The notes below the pieces were generated by a model. The model made no database searches. It was not told the origin of the DNA and saw only the letters and a list, made by a program, of their open reading frames with translations. Below, one piece after another: positions 22,824-33,156 of a stretch of DNA of 64,000 bases (position 1 is the first letter of the stretch; each line of letters opens with the position of its first letter). Source of the DNA: Balanoglossus misakiensis (taxonomy: Eukaryota; Animalia; Hemichordata); NCBI GenBank assembly GCA_040954595.2, contig CM082588.2, forward strand, positions 10,276,844-10,340,843. Reading direction: 5' to 3'. The translations under genes and the position numbers were made by a program.

Positions 22824-24740
22824 ATGGAGAACGCTGAACAACAGCTGCTGGATTTGGGAATAGAGCCCAGTCCAGTCGCCAAAAAGGGACCTGCAACTCG
22901 CAGTAAGACTACGACAAGAGCATCGACCGGTCGAAAAGTTCGCGTGGTCCCCCCCACCAAACTTTCCAAAGTACCAATGGCGTCAGATCGTTCGAAAGGC
23001 GGGAAATGTAGCAAACCTGTCAAGGAAGAAGACACTTCATCTGACGGGGAAGATGTGAGGTCAGAGAAAGAGAAGTTGCAGGCGGAGATAGCGAGACTGC
23101 AGGAGCAATCTGAAGTAGACAATTTAAGAAAACAACTAAAAGAAATGAAACTGGAGAAGGAACGACGCAGCCCGCCAGCTGCTTCGAGCGGAAGTCCCAG
23201 AAGTCACGACCTGAGTCAACTCACGCTACCCGATCTCAAGAGGATGGCGAAAGAAGACTCACAATTGCAGTGGTCGTTACCATCAGGCAGTCCGTGGCTA
23301 CCAGCGACAGGGGCCGCTGGCGGCGGTGAAGACCTCCAACCGAACCAACTCCTGGCACAGTCCGGTTTATACACAGCAGCGCAGAGCAAAGCAGGTAACG
23401 TACCAATGAAATCGATGCGGTTCAACACCAGAACCGATCGTGTGCGACAGCACGTCCTATGGCCGCACATGTTCGTCAGGGCTCGGACATTCTCGGGCGC
23501 CCCACCAAAATTCGATGATATGTCAATGGCGGAATTTGTGGAAGGTAATCTCGCGATAGTGCAACTTCCTACTTTGAGCGACACAGAGAAACAGCAGCGA
23601 TTACAACACTTACAGTCGCTTATGAAAGACGCCAATTTGTTCCCCTGGGACGCCATCTTGAAGTTCGAGGGCGCGCTCCTCTCTGACATGGAGTCAGGAC
23701 TCAGAACATGGGCAAATGACACCGCAGATCTGAGAGAGCTATATTTGCTGCCGCGTATCGGCGAGATCAGACGGGATAAAACAGCGGACAAATCCAAAAA
23801 GAAGGATCAGATTAATGTATGTTTCAAATACCAAAGTAACAAGTGCGAGAAGGAGGATTGCGCATTCAAACACATATGTGAAGCCTGCATGAAGTTGCGT
23901 AACAACCTGGCCAAGCATCCCAAGATTGCCAGCCCCTGGAAGGATAAGGCCTTTAGAGAGCAAGAGAGCAACAAGTTGACCGATAGTTCTGGCAAAGCAG
24001 AGGTAGATAAGTCTAAACAAGACTCTCATGACTGTGACAGCAATTTAATTCCTAAATTGAACCATAGAGTCAAAAGTGCAGGCACGGAGTGTAATATCAA
24101 TGACTTTTATACATTGATGGGCATCACAGATCAGGCAGTGCACAAGTGTGATCGCTCTGTACAAACTGACATGGAGATTGATATTTCAAGAAGCCTGTCA
24201 ATGTGCAACCCGGAGGTTTTGCGGGATGCTATTGTTAACCCTAGTAGTATTTCTGAACCAGTGCTTTCGATTGACGAGCCAGTAACATGTACCATTGCCA
24301 ATGTTGCCTCTGAACACACAGGTTGTTTTGATACCTCTGTTAGCAGGGATAATGTTGACAAATACCTTTGTAAAACTCATACAGTTGATTTGATAGAACC
24401 TGATATTGAGACTGATCTTGACAAGCAAATCCCTATTGAATCACTAGCCCATACCGTCGGTGATACCACTGAATTTGCATGTGAGATTAGCGCTCATGGT
24501 TCATCTGACGGTATGATCAGTGATGACCACGATGTCTTTGTTAGTGATATGTTTACTGTGGGAAATGTTCCAAATATGGGGCCTCCCAACCCCACCCTTG
24601 TTGATCACAGTGTTCCAGACACTTATCCACTGGGCAATGATATGCAGTATTCTGAGTTATCAGATACTCCCGTGGGCGGGGATGTCTGTCCCCCGTCGTC
24701 ATGGCCACAAGCGTCACCCCTTGATTTAAAGCAGAGGTAG
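22824..24740 (+). CDS. gag/zinc finger ORF of copy 3, truncated by the duplication
   Basis: 638 aa, nearly identical to the copy 1 N-terminus. Ends PLDLKQR at the duplication junction. Confidence 0.85.
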   Translation: MENAEQQLLDLGIEPSPVAKKGPATRSKTTTRASTGRKVRVVPPTKLSKVPMASDRSKGGKCSKPVKEEDTSSDGEDVRSEKEKLQAEIARLQEQSEVDNLRKQLKEMKLEKERRSPPAASSGSPRSHDLSQLTLPDLKRMAKEDSQLQWSLPSGSPWLPATGAAGGGEDLQPNQLLAQSGLYTAAQSKAGNVPMKSMRFNTRTDRVRQHVLWPHMFVRARTFSGAPPKFDDMSMAEFVEGNLAIVQLPTLSDTEKQQRLQHLQSLMKDANLFPWDAILKFEGALLSDMESGLRTWANDTADLRELYLLPRIGEIRRDKTADKSKKKDQINVCFKYQSNKCEKEDCAFKHICEACMKLRNNLAKHPKIASPWKDKAFREQESNKLTDSSGKAEVDKSKQDSHDCDSNLIPKLNHRVKSAGTECNINDFYTLMGITDQAVHKCDRSVQTDMEIDISRSLSMCNPEVLRDAIVNPSSISEPVLSIDEPVTCTIANVASEHTGCFDTSVSRDNVDKYLCKTHTVDLIEPDIETDLDKQIPIESLAHTVGDTTEFACEISAHGSSDGMISDDHDVFVSDMFTVGNVPNMGPPNPTLVDHSVPDTYPLGNDMQYSELSDTPVGGDVCPPSSWPQASPLDLKQR

Positions 24741-25461
24741 ATAAGTCTAAACAAGACTCTCATGACTGTGACAGCAATTTAATTCCTAAATTGAACCATA
24801 GAGTCAAAAGTGCAGGCACGGAGTGTAATATCAATGACTTTTATACATTGATGGGCATCACAGATCAGGCAGTGCACAAGTGTGATCGCTCTGTACAAAC
24901 TGACATGGAGATTGATATTTCAAGAAGCCTGTCAATGTGCAACCCGGAGGTTTTGCGGGATGCTATTGTTAACCCTAGTAGTATTTCTGAACCAGTGCTT
25001 TCGATTGACGAGCCAGTAACATGTACCATTGCCAATGTTGCCTCTGAACACACAGGTTGTTTTGATACCTCTGTTAGCAGGGATAATGTTGACAAATACC
25101 TTTGTAAAACTCATACAGTTGATTTGATAGAACCTGATATTGAGACTGATCTTGACAAGCAAATCCCTATTGAATCACTAGCCCATACCGTCGGTGATAC
25201 CACTGAATTTGCATGTGAGATTAGCGCTCATGGTTCATCTGACGGTATGATCAGTGATGACCACGATGTCTTTGTTAGTGATATGTTTACTGTGGAAAAT
25301 GTTCCAAATATGGGGCCTCCCAACCCCACCCTTGTTGATCACAGTGTTCCAGACACTTATCCACTGGGCAATGATATGCAGTATTCTGAGTTATCAGATA
25401 CTCCCGTGGGCGGGGATGTCTGTCCCCCGTCGTCATGGCCACAAGCGTCACCCCCTGATTT
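23994..25461 (+). repeat. 734-bp internal tandem duplication in copy 3
   Basis: Same junction as in copy 2, at 24727/24728. Confidence 0.95.
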
Positions 25462-27130
25462 AACAGAAGTTATAACCGTTCATGACATAGTTGTTGAATC
25501 AGGTTTACCAAATTCTCAATTTTGCAGAATACCCGTTTCATCAAATCTTCAAATCCCAATTTGGCGAGCCGAATTGCAGCAATATGATGACAAAATCATC
25601 TGCGATTACCTACAATATGGTTGGCCCGTCTACTATACAGCCTCAGAATTGCCATACTCTACAGTGAAAAACCACCCATCAGCTATAAATTACTCGGCGC
25701 ATGTCGACAACTGGATCATTAACGAAGTCGCAGCCGGGGCTACAGCGGGTCCGTTCTTAACTAACCCCCTTGCCACACCACTCAGTACTTCCCCCATTCA
25801 GACTGTCGAAAAAAAAGATAGTGTTAATCGGCGTATAGTCTTTGATCTTAGTTCCCCAATCCACCATTCAGTAAATGACGGTATCCCCAAAGGGGAATAT
25901 CTTGGGGAGAGTTTTCAGCTTCAATATCCTTCCATTGATGATTTCACTGCAATGATGACCCGTAAGGGCAGGGGATGCCTCCTATTTAAGCGCGATTTAA
26001 GCAGAGCTTATCGGCAAATACCAGTCGATCCAGCGGACTACCATTTGCTGGGCTACACGTGGCGTAATTTATTGTTCTTTGACCTTACATTGCCATTTGG
26101 CTTGCGAACCGCAGCGCTAGCCTGCCAGCGCACCACTAATGCGGTTTCTTATATCTATTCCACGAAAGGGTATGACTGTGTTAATTACCTTGACGACTTC
26201 GGTGGTGCAGAGACCTCCAACAAAGCCCACAAGGCATTTGCGGAGCTAGGTGACACGCTGGATAGACTGGGTTTGCAAGAAGCCAAACACAAAGCGGTGC
26301 CCCCGTCATCAATCATGACTTTTCTTGGAATCCAGTTGAACTCCCTTACAATGACTATGGAAGTTACTCCTGACCGGCTTAATGAAATAGAGCAAGAGCT
26401 GGGTGTATGGGTCACTAAAACAAAAGCAACTAAGCGCGAGCTGCAATCACTCATAGGCAAGCTTTCCTTTATTGCCAAATGTGTCAAGCCTGGTAGGCTA
26501 TTCCTGGCGAGAATGCTAGATGTGTTGCGTACCGTCACCCGCAATCACTACCATATCTATCTAAACAGTGATTTCAAGGCAGATCTACGGTGGTGGATTA
26601 ATTTCATTAGGGTTTATAATGGGGTGTCTCTCATTAAAGAGTCAGGTTGGTGCCCGCCAGATGAAATATTTTCTTCGGATGCATGCCCAAAAGGGGGAGG
26701 GGGGCTTTGCGACAACGAGTATTTCCACGTGGAGTTCCCTGACTTTGTAAAGGTTGGGGACCCTCACATTAATGCCCTCGAATTACTCACTATTACTATA
26801 GCGGCAAAAATTTGGGGTGATAGATGGTCTGGAAAGAAAATACAGGTCTCTTGCGACAACCAGGCAACAGTTTGGGTCATTAATACCGGTAGAGCTAGGG
26901 ATAAACTAATGCTGTCTTGCTTGAGGGAATTATGGCTGGTAGCAGCGATTCACGAGTTTGAGCTACGTGCTGTGCACATCGCAGGCACCGAGAACCGGCT
27001 GGCTGATGCGCTCAGTCGCTGGCATCTTGACCCAAGTTATGAGCAACTCTTCAAATCATCTGTTAATATTTCTCAAATGACCGAGCACCCAGTCGCCGAG
27101 GATGACATTCGCTTTCTCAATGAGTGGTGA
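24791..27130 (+). CDS. RT-RNase H ORF of copy 3
   Basis: The 779-aa translation matches copy 2. Confidence 0.85.
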   Translation: MNHRVKSAGTECNINDFYTLMGITDQAVHKCDRSVQTDMEIDISRSLSMCNPEVLRDAIVNPSSISEPVLSIDEPVTCTIANVASEHTGCFDTSVSRDNVDKYLCKTHTVDLIEPDIETDLDKQIPIESLAHTVGDTTEFACEISAHGSSDGMISDDHDVFVSDMFTVENVPNMGPPNPTLVDHSVPDTYPLGNDMQYSELSDTPVGGDVCPPSSWPQASPPDLTEVITVHDIVVESGLPNSQFCRIPVSSNLQIPIWRAELQQYDDKIICDYLQYGWPVYYTASELPYSTVKNHPSAINYSAHVDNWIINEVAAGATAGPFLTNPLATPLSTSPIQTVEKKDSVNRRIVFDLSSPIHHSVNDGIPKGEYLGESFQLQYPSIDDFTAMMTRKGRGCLLFKRDLSRAYRQIPVDPADYHLLGYTWRNLLFFDLTLPFGLRTAALACQRTTNAVSYIYSTKGYDCVNYLDDFGGAETSNKAHKAFAELGDTLDRLGLQEAKHKAVPPSSIMTFLGIQLNSLTMTMEVTPDRLNEIEQELGVWVTKTKATKRELQSLIGKLSFIAKCVKPGRLFLARMLDVLRTVTRNHYHIYLNSDFKADLRWWINFIRVYNGVSLIKESGWCPPDEIFSSDACPKGGGGLCDNEYFHVEFPDFVKVGDPHINALELLTITIAAKIWGDRWSGKKIQVSCDNQATVWVINTGRARDKLMLSCLRELWLVAAIHEFELRAVHIAGTENRLADALSRWHLDPSYEQLFKSSVNISQMTEHPVAEDDIRFLNEW

Positions 27131-28151
27131 CTGATTTTATTTTTATTTCAGATCACTGCCAAACTATCCAAGCCTTAGACGCTCAAATCGCTATCTCAAT
27201 GAGGTCAGCATTAGCGGAAGGAACTCGTCGGAATTTGTCGTCACAGTTGAAGAGTTACTTCCTGTTTTGTCAGTTTTTCAATTTTACTCCTGTTCCAGCA
27301 TCTGTTCTTACAGTGTGTAGATTTATCCAGTTTCTTGCAAGATCAGTAACTGCTACTGGCACCATTCAGAATTATTTGTACGCAATTCGTACCTTGCATA
27401 GAATCCATGGCTTCACGCCATTGGCCGCTGATCAGTATGTTGTCAAATTACTTTTGAAATGTCTTTCCCGTAGCACTTTCCAGCCAGTGAGGCAGAAATT
27501 ACCCATCACCCCCCCCCGTTGTTGCTACAGTTTTTCGGGCTTCTAGATGTGGCTGTTCCATTCGATGTTACTTTGTGGGCATGCCTTTTGATAGGGTTTT
27601 TCTCCTTTTTTCGCAAGTCAAATCTTGTTCCGAAGTCTGCAACCGACTTTGATCCGGCTAAATACCTCTGTAGGGGTAAAGTCATTTCCTCAGATTCTGG
27701 CCTTATAATCGGCGTGACTTGGTCAAAAACCATTCAGTTTCGCGAACGCTGTTTGACTATTCCACTTGCCCACATTCCAGGTTCGGTGTTGTGCCCTTTA
27801 CAGGCATACAATCACATGTGTGAGATCATCCCAGCCCCACCCTCTAGCCCAGCATTTGTTTTTCCCAAATGTGGCAAATTGGTCCCCTTGACCCATTCAG
27901 GGCTGGTGAAAAGTATCAAATGTTTAGTTCAGAGGGCAGGCTTTCCTGCTGACATGTACTCAGGTCACAGCCTCCGTCGTGGGGGTGCAACCTTTGCATT
28001 CGAAAGTGGGGTCCCTGGGGAGCTTATCAAACTCCAAGGGGATTGGCAATCCAGCGCGTATCTCCGTTATCTTAACATTCCATTTCAGACTCGTTATCTG
28101 GTGTCCTTTCAAATGGGTCAGCATCTTAAAGACATCTCCGCGTCACACTGA
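27124..28151 (+). pseudogene. Tyrosine recombinase, copy 3, frameshifted
   Basis: An expanded C-run at ~27508-27517 (net +2) splits ORFs 27124-27546 and 27519-28151. Confidence 0.88.
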
Positions 28152-28301
28152 TTTTACTGTGGCACTAGCAGAGAGGCGGACCGGGTTTGGCAGTGGTTGG
28201 GCCTGCAAGAGCCCCCAGTTCACGTAAATAAATAATGGCTCTTGCCTTCAGCTGCCAAACCTGTGTCCTTGGTTTGTGTGTTAGAGAGATCTCAAGTAAT
28301 T

Positions 28302-28719
28302 TAGGTAACATTGCGATCAACGGCATAATGTTACCCAATTAAGCAACTCGAAAAGGGGCGCCCTCAACCTCAAACGAGCCTCAAAAATCCCATAATCCAT
28401 CACTCACGACCACTTCAAGGGTTCTGAGCGTGTCCTGCAATGCTCGCTCTCTCTGCCTCAATTTCCCCACCCGCCCGCCCTCAACAAATAAGATGTGTAT
28501 TTGCAGATTTACAGTGGTTCTCTGGTCAATACTGTACTTCACGATTGTAACCTTTATCATCCATGTATTTTGCAATGGTCCTTTCATCATTGCGAGTTGT
28601 TATTCCCAGTTGTGTTGGGCCTGCAAGAGCACCCAGTTCACGTAAATAAATAATGGCTCTTGCCTTCAGCTGCCAAACCTGTGTCCTTGTTTTGTGTGTT
28701 AGAGAGATCTCAAATAATT
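28302..28719 (+). repeat. Terminal A2 (28302-28465), unique spacer, B2 (28614-28719) of the Ngaro-type element
   Basis: The final A copy is followed by ~148 bp of unique sequence and a final B copy, after which the satellite resumes. Confidence 0.9.
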
Positions 28720-31700
28720 GGGGAAAATCATTAAAAAATGACAAATTATCGACTTTGCAAAATCTCACAATTTCGTCGATTTTTGAAAAAAACCATTGGG
28801 GGAAAATCATCAAAAAATGACAAATTATCGACTTTGCAAAATCTCAACATTTCGTCGATTTTTGAAAAAAATCATGGGTGAAAATCATCAAAAAATGACA
28901 AATTTTAGACTTTGCAAAATCTCAAAATTTCGTCGATTTTGAAAAAAATCATAGGTTCGTCGATTTAAAAAAAAAACATGGGTGAAAATCATCAAAAAAT
29001 GACAAATTTTCGACTTTGCAAAATCTCACAATTTCGTCGATTTTTGAAAAAAATCATGGGAGAAAATCATCAAAAAATGACAAATTTTCGACTTTGCAAA
29101 ATCTCAACATTTCGTCGATTTTTGAAAAAAATCATAGGTGAAAATCATCAAAAAATGACAAATTTTTGACTGCAAAATCTCAACATTTCGTCGATTTTTG
29201 AAAAAAATCATGGATGAAAATCATCAAAAAATGACAAATTTTCGACTTTGCAAAATCTCAACATTTCGTCGATTTTTGAAAAAAATCTTGGGTGAAAATC
29301 ATCAAAAAATGACAAATTTTCGACTATGCAAAATCTCAACATTTCGTCGATTTTTGAAAAAAATCATGGGTGAAAATCATCAAAAAATGACAAATTTTCG
29401 ACTTTGCAAAATCTCAAAATTTCGTCAATTTTTGAAAAAATCATGGGTGAAAATCATCAAAAAATGACAAAATTTTCGACTTTGCAAAATCTCAAAATTT
29501 CGTCGATTTTGAAAAAAATCATAGGTTCGTCTTTTTTTTAAAAAAAAAACATGGATGAAAATCATCAAAAAATGACAAATTTTTGACTTTGCAAAATCTC
29601 ACAATTTCGTCGATTTTTGAAAAAAATCATGGGTGAAAATCATCAAAAAATGACAAATTTTCGACTTTGCAAATTCTCAAAATTTCGTCGATTTTAAAAA
29701 AAAACATGGGGGAAAATCATCAAAAAATGACAAATTATCGACTTTGCAAAATCTCACAATTTCGTCGATTTTTGAAAAAAATCATGGGTGAAAATCATCA
29801 AAAAATGACAAATTTTCGACTTTGCAAAATCTCAACATTTCGTCGATTTTTGAAAAAAATCATGGGTGAAAATCATCAAAAAATGACAAATTTTCGACTT
29901 TGCAAAATCTCAAAATTTCGTCCATTTTTGAAAAAAAATCATGGGTAAAAATCATCAAAAAATGACAAATTTTCGTCTATGCAAAATCTCAAAATGTCGT
30001 CGGTTTTTGAAAAATAATATGGTTGAAAATCATCAAACAATGACAAAATTATCGACTTTGCAAAATCTCACAATTTCGTCGATTTTTGAAAAAAATCATG
30101 GGTGAAAATCATCAAAAAATGACAAATTTTCGACTTTGCAAAATCTCAAAATTTCGTCGATTTAAAAAAAAATCATAGGTTCGTCGATTTAAAAAAAAAC
30201 ATGGGTGAAAATCATCAAAAAATGACAAATTTTCGACTTTGCAAAATCTCACAATTTCGTCGATTTTTGAAAAAAATCATGGGAGAAAATCATCAAAAAA
30301 TGACAAATTTTCGACTTTGCAAAATCTCAACATTTCGTCGATTTTTGAAAAAAATCATTGGGGAAAATCATCAAAAAATGACAAATTTTCGACTTTGCAA
30401 AATCTCAAAATTTCGTCGATTTTGAAAAAAATCATAGGTTCGTCGTTTTTTTAAAAAAAAAAACATGGGTGAAAATCATCAAAAAATGACAAATTTTTGA
30501 CTTTGCAAAATCTCACAATTTCGTCGATTTTTTAAAAAAATCATGGGTGAAAATCATCAAAAAATGACAAATTTTCGACTTTGCAAAATCTCAAAATTTC
30601 GTAAATTTTTGAAAAAAAGTCATGGGTGAAAATCATCAAAAAATTACAAATTTTCGTCTTTGCAAAATCTCAAAATTTCGTCGATTTTTGAAAAAAAAAA
30701 ATCATGGGTAAAAATCATCAAAAAATTACAAATTTTCGACTTTGCAAAATCTAAAAATTTTGTCGATTTTTGAAAAAAATCATGGGTGAAAATCATCAAA
30801 AAATGACAAATTTTCGACTTTGCAAAATCTCAAAATTTCGTCGATTTTTGAAAAAAAAAACATGGGTGAAAATCATCAAAAAATGACAAATTTTCGACTT
30901 TGCAAAATCTCAAAATTTCGTCCATTTTTGAAAAAAAATCATGGGTAAAAATCATCAAAAAATGACAAATTTTCGTCTATGCAAAATCTCAAAATGTCGT
31001 CGGTTTTTGAAAAATAATATGGTTGAAAATCATCAAACAATGACAAAATTATCGACTTTGCAAAATCTCACAATTTCGTCGATTTTTGAAAAAAATCATG
31101 GGTGAAAATCATCAAAAAATGACAAATTTTCGACTTTGCAAAATCTCAAAATTTCGTCGATTTAAAAAAAAATCATAGGTTCGTCGATTTAAAAAAAAAC
31201 ATGGGTGAAAATCATAAAAAAATGACAAATTTTCGACTTTGCAAAATCTCACAATTTCGTCGATTTTTGAAAAAAATCATGGGAGAAAATCATCAAAAAA
31301 TGACAAATTTTCGACTTTGCAAAATCTCAACATTTCGTCGATTTTTGAAAAAAATCATTGGGGAAAATCATCAAAAAATGACAAATTTTCGACTTTGCAA
31401 AATCTCAAAATTTCGTCGATTTTGAAAAAAATCATAGGTTCGTCGTTTTTTTAAAAAAAAAAACATGGGTGAAAATCATCAAAAAATGACAAATTTTTGA
31501 CTTTGCAAAATCTCACAATTTCGTCGATTTTTTAAAAAAATCATGGGTGAAAATCATCAAAAAATGACAAATTTTCGACTTTGCAAAATCTCAAAATTTC
31601 GTCCATTTTAAAAAAAAAAAATGGGGGAAAATCATCAAAAAATGACAAATTTTCGACTTTGCAAAATCTCAAAATTTCGTCGATTTTGAAAAAAACCATT

Positions 31701-32422
31701 GGGGGAAAATCATCAAATAATGACAAATTATCGACTTTGCAAAATCTCACAATTTCGTCGATTTTTGAAAAAAATCATGGGTGAAAATCATCAAAAAATT
31801 ACAAATTTTCGACTTTGCAAAATCTCAACATTTCGTCGATTTTTGAAAAAAATCATGGGTGAAAATAATCAAAAAATGACAAATTTTCGACTTTGCAAAA
31901 TCTCAAAATTTCGTCCATTTTAAAAAAAAAACATGGGGGAAAATCATCAAAAAATGACAAATTTTCGACTTTGCAAATTCTCAAAATTTCGTCGATTTTG
32001 AAAAAAACCATTGGGGGAAAATCAACAAAAAATGACAAATTATCGACTTTGCAAAATCTCACAATTTCGTCGATTTTTGAAAAAAATCATGGGTGAAAAT
32101 CATCAAAAAATGACAAATTTTCGACTTTGCAAAATCTCAACATTTCGTCGATTTTTGAAAAAAATCATGGGTGAAAATCATCAAAAAATGACAAATTTTC
32201 GACTTTGCAAAATCTCAAAATTTCGTCCATTTTTGAAAAAAAATCATGGGTTAAAATCATCAAAAAATGACAAATTTTCGTCTTTGCAAAATCTCAAAAT
32301 TTCGTCCATTTTTAAAAAAAAAACATGGGTGAAAATCATCAAAAAATGACAAATTTTCGACTGCAAAATTTCAAAAATTTCGTCGGTTTTTGAAAAATAA
32401 TATGGGTGAAAATCATCAAAAA
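28720..32422. repeat. ~78-bp satellite array
   Basis: Same monomer. Includes a 1000-bp higher-order duplication (identical-type ORFs at 30201 and 31201). Confidence 0.97.
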
Positions 32423-33156
32423 TAGCGTCAAGGACACTGTGGTCCCATTTAAACAGTGGAGTACGGAGATGAGGGGTGCCACAGTAGCAGAGGTAGGTAA
32501 GGCATCCAGTGTCTATTTTGCTGAATTGGGCAGCATACTGAAATTCAATGTTTAAGCACGAAAGAAGGGAGCAGGCAGTGTACGTTTTCTGTAGTTTAAT
32601 TATAAATCATGTAAAGTAATAAATATAACAATGGGAATGAGTTGTGTTGCATATAAATTGTTTTAAAGAAATGAAATTGAATGACGCAATAAAAAATGTA
32701 ATGGAAGCAGTAAAAAATGTCAAAGTAAATAAAGAGAACAGTAACAAGTATAAATTATGTTGAATGGTACAAAATACTAAAGAAATGTTAAATATAAAAT
32801 GTATCACTGAAGAACGTGTAAACTGAAATAAAAAAATCATTGGAAAAAATGTCTAATTAAATGAAGCAGTCAAAAATTGTCTAACCTAGGGGAAAAAAAC
32901 AGTGAAAAATGTCAAATCAAGTAGAGAAATGTGAATGTCACATAAAAAAAAGGCAAGAAAGAAAATGACAAACTGAACAAATAACTAAAAGCATGTGAAA
33001 TAAAAAGAATGTGTCACTAAAAAATGTCTTCAAGTGTAATAAAAAAAGCAGGGAAGGAAATGTTATAATGAATGAATGGAGGGAGCGCTGGTAAAGTGTG
33101 TAATCGGGAAAGGGTTGTGGAATGGAGAGCAAATGAAGGCAGTACGTTGAAAAACA

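Larger units (their letters stand above)
12069..28719 (+). mobile_element. Ngaro-type (DIRS order) tyrosine-recombinase retrotransposon, tandem trimer with layout A-ORFs-B-A-ORFs-B-A-ORFs-B-A-spacer-B
   Basis: gag/RT/RNase H and YR ORFs are repeated three times (units 12069-16984, 16985-22642, 22643-28301). Split direct repeats A (164 bp) and B (106 bp) are present. No TSD: the satellite reads catg|gggg across the insertion. Confidence 0.93.

Noticed and set aside
12231-28227. Antisense and alternate-frame ORFs within the retrotransposon (e.g. 12642-13223)
   Set aside because: They are shadows of the coding strand with no motifs, and recur only because the unit is triplicated.
12069-28719. 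Interpretation as an LTR retrotransposon, or as a prokaryotic retron/DGR with integrase
   Set aside because: There is no DDE integrase, protease, PBS or TSD. Split direct repeats plus RT-RNase H-YR fit the DIRS order.
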